Source of the DNA: Alphaproteobacteria bacterium
GTDB taxonomy: Bacteria > Pseudomonadota > Alphaproteobacteria > JAAXGF01
Direction of reading: 5' to 3'
DNA: 64,000 nt
Assembly: GCA_963555825.3 (NCBI GenBank)
Contig: CAUVXB020000002.1
Coordinates: 480,001-544,000 of the forward strand
The number at the start of each line of letters is the position of its first letter. Position 1 is the first letter of the stretch. Under the pieces are notes generated by a model that worked only from the letters and a program-made list of their open reading frames with translations, was not told where the DNA came from and did not search any database. Positions 43,668 through 54,747 of this stretch are shown piece after piece. Both the position numbers and the translations under genes were made by a program.

Positions 43668-44028
43668 CGTGGACTCCTTTCAAGAAAACATTGGTCTGGG
43701 GCCTATCGAAAGGCTAGCCCGGATTTCTCACCATAGACAGGCGCGTCATCGCGTCGGGCGGTCGCCGATCCGCCAGGAGAAGGACGCAGAGCGTGGCCTG
43801 GGCCACGGTCAAGGCCTTCGACGCCGCGGGCGGCCCGCCCGGCGCGACCCGAAGGGCGGCGGATCTCGGACGACAGGCCGCGTAAAAGCGCTTGCCCGAT
43901 GCGGCAGCATCGCGCCGCGCGCTTTTCCTAGCCTGTCGGCCGATATCCGCCGTGCCGCACCTGTCCTTGGCGAGAAAGCCGGGCTAGGCAGCAAAGGCGG
44001 GAATGTCGACCAAGATCATTACCGCTAG

Positions 44029-45390
44029 TGATGCGGTGGACGGCTCCCACCCGCAGGCATCTAGGTGCCAAAATGGTGGTTTCGATGAACCACAGGGAAA
44101 TAGGAGCCGTCCATGAACGAAGTTATCACGATCGGTGTTGATCTTGCGAAGAACGTATTTCAGGTGCATGGCGTTGACGCCGAGGGAACCGTGGTCGTCC
44201 GCCGTCAGTTGAGGCGGCGTCAGGTGCTGGCCTTCTTCGAGAAACAGCCGCCCTGCCTGGTTGGTATGGAGGCATGTGCGACCGCGCATTACTGGGCGCG
44301 GGAGATCGCGGCGCTTGGGCATGAGGTCAAGCTGATGCCGCCGCGCTATGTGAAGCCCTACGTGAAGCGGAACAAGAATGACGCTGCCGATGCGGAGGCT
44401 ATTTGCGAGGCCGTCACGCGCCCGACGATGCGCTTTGTCGCGGTGAAGAGCGTCGAGCAGCAGAGCGTTCTGATGCTGCACCGAACGCGCGAGCTTCTGG
44501 TCCGCCAGAGAACCATGCTGGTCAACGCTACGCGGGCGCACATGGCGGAGTTCGGGGTGGTGGCGCGAACCGGGTTGCCGCAGGTCAAGGAGCTGCTCGC
44601 GGTGATCAGCGATGAGGCGGATGAGCGCATTCCGCCCCTGGCGCGGACTTGCCTGGAAGGGCTGGCGCGGCAGTTGCTGTCGCTGGAGCGGGAGATCGTC
44701 GGCGCTGAGAGGCGTATCCACGCCTGGCACCGGACGAACGAAGAGAGCCTGCGTCTCGAAACCACACCCGGCATCGGACCGATCACGGCGAGCGCGCTGG
44801 CATCTTCGATTGCCAATCCGTCGATCTTCAAATCGGGCCGCTCAATGGCCGCTTGGATCGGGCTGGTGCCAAGACAGAACTCGACCGGTGGCAAGGAGCG
44901 CATGGGGCGGATCTCCAAGCAGGGCGATCAATACCTGCGCTGGCTGCTGGTCGCCGGCGCCATGACGGTCATCCGCCACGCCAAGCGACGCGGCACGACC
45001 GATCCATGGCTTGCCAACATCATCGCCGACAAGCCGACCAAGGTCGCGGCCGTGGCGCTGGCCAACAAGAACGCCCGCATTGCCTGGGCGCTTCTGAGAC
45101 ATGGCGGAACCTATCGCAGGCCCGCGACGGCCTAGGCCGACGAAAACAAGGCGTTCACGAGTTTGGCGGAGTGTAAGTGACGTAATGCAAAATCGGTCGA
45201 ACCGAGGATCGGGAAAACCCGCTATAGCCACGGCGCCTCGAGCGCGTGCTTATGACTGGGACCCGACCCCGCGGATCGCATTAGGGCCAGCGGCCATGTA
45301 CGCCGCACCAAAAGGCCGGACACATGGCAGCACCCGACCAGCTTGCATCAACGTCACAAAATCTCTTGCCAACAGGGGGCCGTCCACACA
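44029..45390 (+). mobile_element. IS110 family (IS1111-type) element B, recombinase 44113-45135, apparently intact
   Basis: IGVDLAK, MEAC, KND.ADA, GLVP.Q.STGG; subterminal IRs GTGGACGGCTCC / GGGGCCGTCCAC lying 7 and 3 nt from the ends. Confidence 0.93.
45160..45375 (+). ncRNA. Predicted bridge/seek RNA of IS110 element B
   Basis: 3' non-coding end homologous to that of element C, with flank-matching variable segments. Confidence 0.75.
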
Positions 45391-45411
45391 TGGCTATGTG
45401 TGGACGGCCCC

Positions 45412-45630
45412 GATTTGGCAAGGGTTGTTTTGACGGTCATGCAAGTTGGTCGGGTGCGGCTATGTGTCCGGCCTGTTGATGCGGTGCTCTTGACCGCTGG
45501 CCCTAATGCGATCCGCGGGATCGGGTCCCAACTAAACCCACGAGCTCGAGGCTCCCTAGCCATGACGGGTTTCTCCGATCCCCGGTATTCGACCGGTCTT
45601 GCATTACCTCACGATCACCCTGCCAAAGGG
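45412..45630 (-). ncRNA. Predicted bridge/seek RNA of IS110 element C
   Basis: Inverted homolog of 45160-45375. Confidence 0.72.
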
Positions 45631-45634
45631 TTTA

Positions 45635-46811
45635 ATACCAGTGAGCCTATGAAATCACCTTCATGATCCATGGATAGGCGCAGAGGGTTCGCATACGATC
45701 CGGTTCTGCGATGAGGTCGATCCATGCTTGGCAACAGGCGTCGATGATGGCCTCGGTGTCGTCGAGGACGCGGAGCGATAGGAAGCGTTCGCGTAGGTAG
45801 AGCCAAACCCGCTCGACGGGGTTGAGTTCGGGACTGTAAGGCGGCAACAGCGCCAAGGTGACGTTGTCGGGGACGGTGAGGGCGCGCTCGTCGTGCCAAC
45901 CGGCGCCGTCGCACATCATGACGGCGTGCGCATCCTGGTCCAGGGTATCGGCGAAGTGTGCGAGAAACAGGTCCATGACCTTGGCGTTGACGCTCGGCAT
46001 CACCAGGGTGACGTCGTCGCCGGTGTCCGGGCGCACGGCGGAGAAGATGTAGGCCCACTGGTAGCCGATTTGACGCGTCCCGGGGGCACGCTCGCCCCTG
46101 CGCCACCACCGGTGACACACCCGGCCCTTGTTGCCGACGCGCGCTTCATCCTGAAACCACAGCTGTAGGCGCTTGTCGGGATGCGCCGCGGCGGTCGCCT
46201 TCAGGATGTCGCGAAGCCCCCTTTTTTGAAGCGCTCCTGCGCTTCGGCGTCCCTTCGCGGGTGGCTCGGGCGCGCCTTCTGGCGGGAAAATCCCATCCGC
46301 CGTAGAACCCGGGTCATGCTCGAGGGGTGGTAGGTCTTGGCGAAGCGCTCCTCCAGCCAGCGGCACAGATCGGCCCGGGTCCAGGCGCAAACCCCGTCGC
46401 GCTCAGGCTCCGGCCCGGCGATGATGACCGCCGCCAGCGCCGCTTCCTCGTCTGCCGTCAGCCGCCGCGGCGAGTAGCCCTTTGGACGGTCGTGAAGCCC
46501 CTCCAATCCCTTTGCATTGTAACGAACAACCGCGTCGCGAAGCGTTTGGCGATCCATCCCCGCAAGCCGCGCGGCATCAGCCCGGGGCATCTCCTCCAAA
46601 GCATTCGCGATCCCATAGGCCCGCGCCGCCGCTCGACCGTACGATTCCACGCGAGCCCAGCGCCGAAGCTCCAAAGGCGTCAAATCATCCCGTATCTTGA
46701 GTGCTGATCCCATGACATCCCCCACATCTGGTGGGAGACCATAGAATCACAATCCGCCATCATCCGCCATCAATGAATATCCCGAGAGTCAATTCAGGCG
46801 CTCACTGGTAT
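45635..46811 (-). mobile_element. IS630 family element (two ORFs joined at an A6G slippery site)
   Basis: IRs ATACCAGTGAGC/GCTCACTGGTAT; WFQDEAR, DGAGWH, PYSPELNPVE. Confidence 0.92.
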
Positions 46812-47857
46812 CAGGCGTCTGTCTCAAGCGGCGGTGACTGCTGGCTGACGGTAGGTTCCACCGTTGGCGAGCAGCGCCCAGGCGGTTCGTGCGTTCTTGT
46901 TGGCCAGCGCCACGGCGGCGAGCTTGGTCGGTTTGCGCGCCATGAGATCGCCCAGCCAGGGGTTCTTCTCGAAGTTTGATCTTCGCCCGTGGCGTATCAC
47001 CGTCATGGCGCCGGCGACGAGCAGCCACCGGAGGTAGTGGTCACCCGCCTTGGAGATGCGGCCGAGCCGCTGCTTGCCGCCGGTCGAGGTCTGTCTGGGC
47101 ACCAGACCGATCCAAGCCGCCAGTTCACGCCCCGATCTGAACACCGAAGGGTCGGCGATCGAGGCCGCCAGCGCACTCGCCGTGAGCGGTCCGATGCCGG
47201 GAATGGTCGCCAGACGTTGGCTGACCTCGGTCGCTCGATGCCAGGCATGAATGCGCTGCTCGGTGGTGGTGATCTCACGCTCCAGCGATAACAACTGCCG
47301 CGCCAGTCCTTCCAGGCATGTCCGTGCCAGTGGCGGGATGCGTTCATCGCCCTCATCAGCGATGACCGCGAGGAGTTCCTTCACCTGCGGCAGCCCGACC
47401 CGGGCGACAACCCCGAACTCCGCCATGTGCGCGCGGATCGCATTGACCAGCATGGTCCGCTGCCGGACCAGGAGTTCGCGCGTCCGGTGGTCCATCAACA
47501 CGCTCTGCTGCGCGGCCGTCTTGACCGCCACGAAACGCATCGATGGCCGCGTTACCGCTTCGCAGATCGCTTCGGCATCCGCCGCGTCGTTCTTGTTGCG
47601 CTTGACGTAGGGCTTCACGTAAGCCGCCGGCATGATGCGCACCTCATGGCCAAGCGCCCCGAGTTCCCGCGCCCAATGGTGCGACGTCGCGCAGGCCTCG
47701 ATACCGACCAGACAAGCCGGCTGCTTGCTGAAGAACGGCACAACCTGGCGGCGCCTCAGTTGCCGGCGGATCACGGTCTCGCCTGAGACATCGACCCCGT
47801 GAACCTGGAAAACGTTCTTCGCAAGATCAAGTCCGATCGTGTTAACCTCGGTCATAG

Positions 47858-48962
47858 CTTGCCTATCCGGTTAACGCCCATGACCGCTACATGTAGGGTG
47901 CCGCCACTCTCCCGAGTAAAGCTCGGCATAGGTTGGAGCAGAGGTGTCGCCCGCGATGCCGAGCAATGAGCGGAAGGCGTTGAACGGGTAGAACCGCCTG
48001 TTGAAGCGGAAGGTGAACTCGTTGAGGTAGGCTTGTAGGTGCTGGTGGCTAACGCCGTGGTGGATACCGATCAGCCACGTCTTCAGGTTGGCGAAAACCA
48101 GATGGATGATCGGCAGGTATTGCTCGGCAACCTCTGGATCACCACACTCGGCAACAGCGAAGTGCTCATAGCCGCGCTTACCGAGGCCAGCATAGCCGCT
48201 CCAATCGTCAGTAACGATCAGCGATCCCGGCGCGACGGTGCTCTCGACGAACCCACAGAGCGACTCGGCGCTACGGTCGAGCACGACGGCGAGCCGAACG
48301 CGTCCGGCATAGCGTCCGTCTTTCCGGTTGTCGAGCTTGGTGCCCGGCTTTCGATGACGCACCTCGATGGCACAGGAGACGAGAACCTTGTGGTGAACAC
48401 CACGGCCTTCCCCACGCGTTCGCCCGCCAACCCAGGTTTCGTCCACCTCAACATGGTTCTTGGGCTGTCCACCGATCCTGTCTTGGTTGGGCCGCACCAT
48501 GCCCGAGCGGAGCTTGTGGAGAATTTGAAAGGCCGTCTCGTAGCGCGAAAGACCAAGTTGCCGCTGAAACTGCACGGCGGACATGCCGGGCGTCTGACTG
48601 GCGACCAGATAAGCGGCCCAGAACCAGACGTTCAGCGGAGTGTGGCTACGCTCCATCACTGTTCCCACCGTCAGCCCGGTGTTCTGGCGGCACTTGCGGC
48701 AGCGCAGGACGCCAGGGCGGTTTTCAAAGTGGAACGGCTCTCCCGCCGTGCCGCAGTGCGGGCAGGCAAAGCCGTCTCCCCAGCGGGCTTTCTCCAGGTA
48801 GGCGGCGCAGGCCGCATCATCGGGGAAAAGTCGCTGGAACTCGGGTAGCGAATGCGGGAATGGGAGATCGGCGCGGTCGAGAACATCCATGGCGCGCTCC
48901 CCTATATCCGGTTTGCGCCCATTCTAGCCCTAGTGGGTGTGGGTGTAAACCGGATAGGCAAG
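47858..48962 (-). mobile_element. IS1595 family element (transposase 47871-48890)
   Basis: IRs CTTGCCTATCCGGTT; 8-bp TSD GGTCATAG; Zn ribbon CPHC..CRKC, VEVDET, TDDW, YLNEF.FRFNRR. Confidence 0.94.
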
Positions 48963-49020
48963 GGTCATAGGACGGCTCCTTTGTAAGTGATCAGCCAACA
49001 GCTACCACTTCTGGCACTTA

Positions 49021-50183
49021 TACCAACGGCACTAATTATTGACCTGAAATCGCCCAATCTCTCATTCCGATGGACATGATCGTCTCGGGCTGGTCGATTA
49101 GTTTGTTCCAGGCTTGGCAACCGGCCTCGATGATGGCGTCGTAATCTTCGAAGACGCGGTTAGAGAGCCAATTCTGGCGGAGGTATTGCCAGATGTTCTC
49201 GACCGGGTTCAGCTCGGGCGAGCGCGATGGCAGCAGGATGATGGTGAGGTTCTTGGGGACCTTGAGCTGGTCGGTGCTGTGCCACCCGGCGCGGTCCATC
49301 AGGACGACGCCATGGGCCTTGGCGGCGACGTTGCAGCTGATCTCGTCGAGATGCATCTGCATGGCGGCTGTGTTGGCGAAGGGGAGCATGAGAGCGGCAC
49401 CCTTGGCTCCCATGGGACAGATTGCGCCAAAGAGGTAGGCGTTCGTGTAGCGCTGATCGGCGGGCAGGCGTGGCCTTGTTCCCTTCTTCGCCCAAATGCG
49501 CACACGCCCGTTCTTCTGTCCCAGCCTGGCCTCGTCTTGGAACCAGATCTCGACCCGCTTGGTCTTGGGCAGACCGGCTAGGTGGGCAGCGAGCGTGCGG
49601 GGGAAGTTTTTTTGAACGCCTCGATCACCCGCTGGTCCTGCTTGGGGTGCTGCGGCCGGGCGCTGATGTGGGAGAAGGACAGCGCGACGAGAAGGTCGGA
49701 GATCGCCCGCTCGCTATAGATCACGCCAAAGCGTTCTTCGATCACCCGTTTCAGGCGCAACCCGCCGCCAGCGAACCACACCGTCAATCTCTGGATCGGG
49801 GCCCGTTTCGACGATCACCGACAGTTCGCCCATCTGCTCGTCGGTCAAGAGCCGGGGGCGGCCCGCACCGGGACGGTTCTTCAAGCCGTCTGCCCCTTCA
49901 TCGTTGAAGCGGTGCGCCCAGTCTCTCAGCGTCTGGCGATCCATGCCGCCGACCTTAGCGGCTTCCGCTCGGCTCATGCCGTCGTAAACCGCCGCCAAGG
50001 CCAAAAGCCGGCGAACTTGGCGGGGATCGCGACTGTGCTTGGCCAAACACCGGAGCTCAATGCTGTCGTAGTCGTCCCGAAGAGCAATGCATACTGACAT
50101 GGCGAATCTCCTTCGCCAGCCTTGAATCACATCCAGCCCAAAAAGGGAATCCCTTGCGAGTCAGAATTTTGCGCCGTTGGTAT
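49021..50183 (-). mobile_element. IS630 family element with an extra frameshift near 49760
   Basis: IRs TACCAACGGC; TA flanks; WFQDEAR, DRAGWH, SPELNPVE. Confidence 0.9.
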
Positions 50184-50337
50184 TAGATGCCGTGTGGGGC
50201 CGTCCACCCCATTATACCCGGACTCGATGGCCGCACCGGAACGATGACCGCTTTCGGACGAATAGCCGACATACGGCGCCGTTTCCTGCTTTCGAGCCCC
50301 GTCAAATTTCAAACTGAAGCACTACCGGCGCCGTCTC

Positions 50338-51513
50338 ATACCGACTCCGCCTGAATGATTCGGTTGCGACGGATTCCCGTTGGAATCGGAAAGGGTTAGG
50401 ATCCGTAGTCATGATTCGCGGAGGGGCGGGACATGGCGCATGTCGAGGAACATTTGCAGCTTTCTGAGTTGGAGGGACGGTATCGCTCGGCGTCGGAGGC
50501 GACGGAGGCGCGGCACTTCCAGGTGATCTGGCTTTTGGCCAAAGGCCATACGGTTCGCGAAGTGTCGGAGATGACGAGTTTCGGCCAACGCTGGCTCGAA
50601 CAATTGCTTTCTCGCTACAACAAGCTCGGCCCGTCGTCGCTGGGCGATCGTCGACGCTCGAACGGCTCCGAGGCGACGATCCTGAAGCCGGAAGTCCTGG
50701 CGGTGTTGAAAGAGCGCCTGAAAAAGCCGCCGGCGGACGGCGGCTTGTGGTCTGGGCCGAAGGTGGCGGCTTGGATGGCGGGCGAACTGGGCTTGGAGAC
50801 GGTGGCGCCGCAACGGGGCTGGGAGGCGCTGAAGGCAGTCGAGTGGAGTTTGCAGGTGCCCAGGCCGAACAACCCCGGGGCGGCGAGCGAGGAAGAACGC
50901 CAGGCGTTTAAAAAAAACTTCACCGCCTGGTCGCGGAAGAAGCCGAGCGCCACCCCGGCACGCCGATCGAAGTCTTCGCCAGCGACGAACACCGGCTCGG
51001 TCTGAAGCCATTGGCCCGGCGCTGCTGGGCGCCGCGCGGGATGCGCCCGGTGGCGCTCGGCCACCACCGCTTCAAATGGCTCTACGTCACCGCCCTCGTC
51101 TCGCCGACCAGCGGAGAGACCTTTTGGTACATCTCCAATTGTGTCTCCAAGCCATTCTTCGAGAAGCTGCTCGCCCTCTTCGCCCGCGAGGCCGGCGCTG
51201 GGCAGAGCCGCATCATCATCCTGGTGATCGACGGCGCCGGGTGGCACACGGCGCCGAACCTCACGGTGCCGGAAGGCCTCCACCTCGTCTACTTGCCGCC
51301 CTATACGCCCCAGCTGCAACCGGCCGAATGTCTCTGGCCCGTACTCGACGAGCCGGTCGCAAACAGACACTTCGAGACCATCGAGGAACTCGACGCCGTC
51401 GTCGCCCGGCGCTGCCTCACTCTCGATGCCAATCCCGAACTCTTCAAGGGGCGTATCGACTTCCACTGGTGGCCCAAAACCATCTATCCGAACTGATCAG
51501 CCGGATGCGGTAT
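50338..51513 (+). mobile_element. IS630 family element (orfA from 50433, orfB to 51496)
   Basis: Imperfect IRs ATACCGACTCCG/CGGATGCGGTAT; TTTAAAAAAAAC slippery site; DEHR, DGAGWH, PYTPQLQPAE. Confidence 0.9.
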
Positions 51514-51615
51514 CACGGCCTTTCACAAGCGCGTGTCGGCACGCCCCGCCGGCTTCCCTCGCGCGCGTCGGATGCGCTAGGCTGTGCCCGACGCGAAAAC
51601 AACGAGGTTGCCGCG

Positions 51616-51984
51616 ATGAAACGGCTCATGCTCGCCGCGCTGGTGGCGCTCGGCCTCTCGGGCCCGGCGGTGGCCGATTACTGGTCGGAATTCGAGGCCG
51701 GCGTCGACGCCTTCGCCGCGGGCCGCCACGACGCCGCGCTGGGCCATTTCCGGCCGCTCGCCGAGCGCGGCGACAACCGCTCGCAATACTGGCTCGGCAT
51801 CATGTTTTTCGAGGGCAAGGGCGTGCCCGAGGACTTCGTGCGCGCCCATATGTGGCTCAGCTTCGCGGCCCGGGGCGGCAACCGCGGCGCGCGCATCGGC
51901 CGCGACGGCATCGCCGACCGCATGAGCGCGGCCGAGATCGCCGAGGCGGAGCGCCTCGCGGCGTCCTGGCAGCCCAGCGAATAG
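51616..51984 (+). CDS. Small secreted Sel1-repeat protein
   Basis: Signal peptide; LAERGD..SQY.LG.MF.EG.GVP.D.VRA.MW. Confidence 0.88.
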   Translation: MKRLMLAALVALGLSGPAVADYWSEFEAGVDAFAAGRHDAALGHFRPLAERGDNRSQYWLGIMFFEGKGVPEDFVRAHMWLSFAARGGNRGARIGRDGIADRMSAAEIAEAERLAASWQPSE

Positions 51985-52002
51985 GCCAGGTCGCGCGACC
52001 GT

Positions 52003-53223
52003 TCAAGCGATGGCGGCGAGGTACCAGTCGACGAACCAGGCGCAGGGGTTCTCCATCGGCGCGTAAGGGCCGGGGACGTAGTAGCGCGAGTTGACGCCCT
52101 GCTGGTTGCGCTCGACGATCGCCTTGTCGGCCTCGGTAGTGACGCGCCACAGCCAGGTCACCCGTTCGACGTCGTAGTCGCGGCCCTCGACCGCGTCGTC
52201 CCTGACCAGCCAGACGACCTCGCATTCGGTCTCGTGCAAGCCGCGCGGCGTGAAGCGATAGACGACGGCGTGGTCGGCGTAGATCAGGAAATGGCTGATC
52301 GGGCCGAGCTGCAGGTCCGAGGCGCCGCCGTCGTGGCCTGTCAGATCGCCGAGCGGCGGCGCCGCCGGCTTGCCGTCCTCGGTGCCGGTCTGATAGCCAT
52401 CGAACAGCGCGTAGCGGCCGTAGTAGTACTGCAGGCGCGACGGGTCGTCGGGGCTCCAGGTAAAGTCGACGGTGCCAGGCGTCGCGCCGATCTCGCAGGC
52501 GCGCACGGCCATCGCCGCGTGCAGCTTGGCGGCGCGCGATTCGGGCAGCTTGATGCTGTGCGAATCGGAAAATTCAGGGTGCGACGGCGCGCAGTGGTAA
52601 CACTCCATGTAGTTTTCCAGCATCAGCTTCCAGTTGGCGTCGATCGTATAGGTCTCGCTCGCGACCACCTTGGTGTTCTCGAGACGGTAGGGCGCGAGGT
52701 GTTCGTCGAGCGCGCCATGCGCCGCGTCCAGGCTGCCCGCGTCGTCGGCGAAGTTGATGAAAATCAGGCCGTGAAACACGGCGGCGTGAATCGATCTCAG
52801 GCCGTGCGTCGACTTGTCGAAGTCCTTGGGCATCAGGCGCGCCGTCTGCAGGCTGCCGTCGAGGTCGTAGGTCCAGCCGTGGTAGGGGCATATGAGCCAG
52901 CGCGCGTTGCCGCAGGGCGCGTCGCAGATGCGCGAGCCGCGATGGCGGCAGACGTTGATTAGCGCGCGCACCGCGCCGTCGGTGCCGCGCACGACGATGA
53001 CCGACTCGCCGGCGATTTCGTATGTCAGATAGTCGCCCGGCTCGGGCATTTCGCTGACGTGACCGACGTAGAGCCAGTTGCGCAGGAAGATGCGTTCGAG
53101 ATCGCGCTCGTAGACCTCGGCGTCGTTGTAGAACGCCCGCCCCAGCGCGTGGCCCGGGCGGCGCTCGCCGATGAGCGAGGCGACCAACGCGCTCGATCCG
53201 GGTTTCGTCGCTGCCGCATGCAT
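52003..53223 (-). CDS. Rieske non-heme iron oxygenase alpha subunit (glycine betaine monooxygenase-like)
   Basis: CRHRG...CPYHGW, NWKL..EN..ECYHC..SHP, WLW.VT...D, GPY. Confidence 0.88.
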   Translation of the reverse strand: MHAAATKPGSSALVASLIGERRPGHALGRAFYNDAEVYERDLERIFLRNWLYVGHVSEMPEPGDYLTYEIAGESVIVVRGTDGAVRALINVCRHRGSRICDAPCGNARWLICPYHGWTYDLDGSLQTARLMPKDFDKSTHGLRSIHAAVFHGLIFINFADDAGSLDAAHGALDEHLAPYRLENTKVVASETYTIDANWKLMLENYMECYHCAPSHPEFSDSHSIKLPESRAAKLHAAMAVRACEIGATPGTVDFTWSPDDPSRLQYYYGRYALFDGYQTGTEDGKPAAPPLGDLTGHDGGASDLQLGPISHFLIYADHAVVYRFTPRGLHETECEVVWLVRDDAVEGRDYDVERVTWLWRVTTEADKAIVERNQQGVNSRYYVPGPYAPMENPCAWFVDWYLAAIA

Positions 53224-53460
53224 GGACACCACTCCTCTCGTCGCCACGCCGCAACCGCTGGCGTCCTCAGCTATCGATGAGACGATGGCGATGGCCGCGT
53301 CGCACGCGTGCCTAGTGCGGCCGGTCTGCGTCTTGCAGCGCCGCGCTTCGCCCCGTCGCGCGCCAGCATAGCCGAACCAATTTCGGCGCGCCAGCGCCGC
53401 GTGACGCGTCGCGGCTTGGGCTATCCCGGGCGCGCGAATCGGGGTAGAAATCGGGTCGTC

Positions 53461-53838
53461 ATGGAGAACCCGAAACAACGCTCGCCGCGCGTCACGGCGC
53501 TCGCCTGGGGCCGCGTCGAGGTCGAGGGTGGCGCAAGCTTCAAGGATGCCAAGCTCTACCCGGGCGGCGCGCGCGAATGGGACTGGCGCGAGACCGGCAC
53601 GCGTCATGCGCCCGGCATCCAGCCGGCCGACGTCGAGGAGCTGATCGCGCGCGGCGCCGAGGTCGTGGTGCTCAGCCAAGGTATCTGGGAACGCTTGCGG
53701 ATCATGCCCGAAACGCTCCAGGCGCTGCGCCGGCACGGCATCGCGGCCCACGTGCTCGAAACCGAAGAGGCGGTGACGCTCTACAACGAGCTGTGCGAGA
53801 CATCGCCGGTCGGCGGCCTCATCCACTCGACTTGCTGA
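53461..53838 (+). CDS. Mth938-like (AAMDC) domain protein
   Basis: KDAKL.PGG..EWDW.ETGT.H.PGIQ, C-terminal HSTC. Confidence 0.88.
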   Translation: MENPKQRSPRVTALAWGRVEVEGGASFKDAKLYPGGAREWDWRETGTRHAPGIQPADVEELIARGAEVVVLSQGIWERLRIMPETLQALRRHGIAAHVLETEEAVTLYNELCETSPVGGLIHSTC

Positions 53839-53845
53839 GCAGGGC

Positions 53846-54358
53846 ATGCAGCGCCGCACCCCGGCCAGACGACAGCCGCGCCGCGGCCCGATCATCGTTT
53901 CGGGCGGCCAGACCGGCGTCGACCGCGCCGCGCTCGACGTCTCGCTTGCGCTGGCCCTGCCGTGCGGCGGCTGGTGCCCGCGCGGCCGGCGCGCCGAAGA
54001 CGGCGTCATCGCCGCCCGGTATCCCCTGACCGAAACGCCGCGCACCGCCTATCTGCAGCGCACCGCCTGGAACGTCCGTGATGCCGACGCAACGCTGGTG
54101 CTGCTGCGCCGCGGCCCGACCGGCGGCACGCGGGCGACGATCCGCCTCGCCCGGCGCCGCGGACGGCGCTGCCGCGTCGTCGTCTTGGGTCCGAGCGCTC
54201 GGCCGGGGCCTGTAGTCGGCTGGCTGCGCGCCGCGCGCCCGCGCGTGCTCAACGTCGCCGGGCCGCGCGAGAGCGAGGCGCCGGGCGTCTACCGGGCGGC
54301 GTTCGCCTTCCTGCGAACGGTCCTCGCGGCGACACCGACGAACCGGTCGCGCCGCTGA
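53846..54358 (+). CDS. Putative molybdenum carrier protein (cpYpsA-like SLOG fold)
   Basis: SGGQTGVDRAALD, GGWCPRGR.AEDG, RT..NV.DADATL, LNVAGPRES. Confidence 0.88.
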   Translation: MQRRTPARRQPRRGPIIVSGGQTGVDRAALDVSLALALPCGGWCPRGRRAEDGVIAARYPLTETPRTAYLQRTAWNVRDADATLVLLRRGPTGGTRATIRLARRRGRRCRVVVLGPSARPGPVVGWLRAARPRVLNVAGPRESEAPGVYRAAFAFLRTVLAATPTNRSRR

Positions 54359-54418
54359 TTTCGCTGGCCAAGCCGAGGCGGCCAGATGCTATGGTGCCGC
54401 CCACGAAAGGAAATCAGA

Positions 54419-54640
54419 ATGCGCTGGATCGCCGCCGCCACCCTTGTGCTGCTGGTCGCCTGCGAAAATCGCATCGTCGAGTCGAGCCCGGCCGGTGTCT
54501 TGATCGAAGGCGGCGAGTTCGCACGCGAAGCCGAAGCGATGGCCAAGGCGCATTGCGCGAAGTACAGCAAGAACTACCAGCTCATGGCGGTCGAGCCGAT
54601 GACGTTTGTCACCTGGATCCACCACTACGATTGCATCTAG
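54419..54640 (+). CDS. Small lipoprotein
   Basis: AAAGGA RBS, lipobox LVAC, A..HC...C pattern. Confidence 0.7.
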   Translation: MRWIAAATLVLLVACENRIVESSPAGVLIEGGEFAREAEAMAKAHCAKYSKNYQLMAVEPMTFVTWIHHYDCI

Positions 54641-54678
54641 ACGACGGCATTCAGGGGCCAGGCCGCGGCCCGGAAACC

Positions 54679-54747
54679 GGTGGATAAGTGCATAGGCCTG
54701 TGGATAAATCCGCAAGCACCTGAAATCGCTTCAGAATTAAATCCACA
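54679..54747. promoter_or_regulatory. DnaA-box-like cluster
   Basis: GGTGGATAA (54679), TGTGGATAA (54699, perfect), AAATCCACA (54739). Confidence 0.5.

Larger units (their letters stand above)
45397..50214 (-). mobile_element. IS110 family element C (recombinase 46824-47855) carrying three nested IS
   Basis: Paralog of B; right end at 45397, left IR at 50196-50207; 5' leader pieces at 48963-49020 and 50184-50214. Confidence 0.88.

Noticed and set aside
45160-45630. One large cruciform or single palindromic RNA
   Set aside because: Explained by two homologous IS110 ends in inverted orientation.
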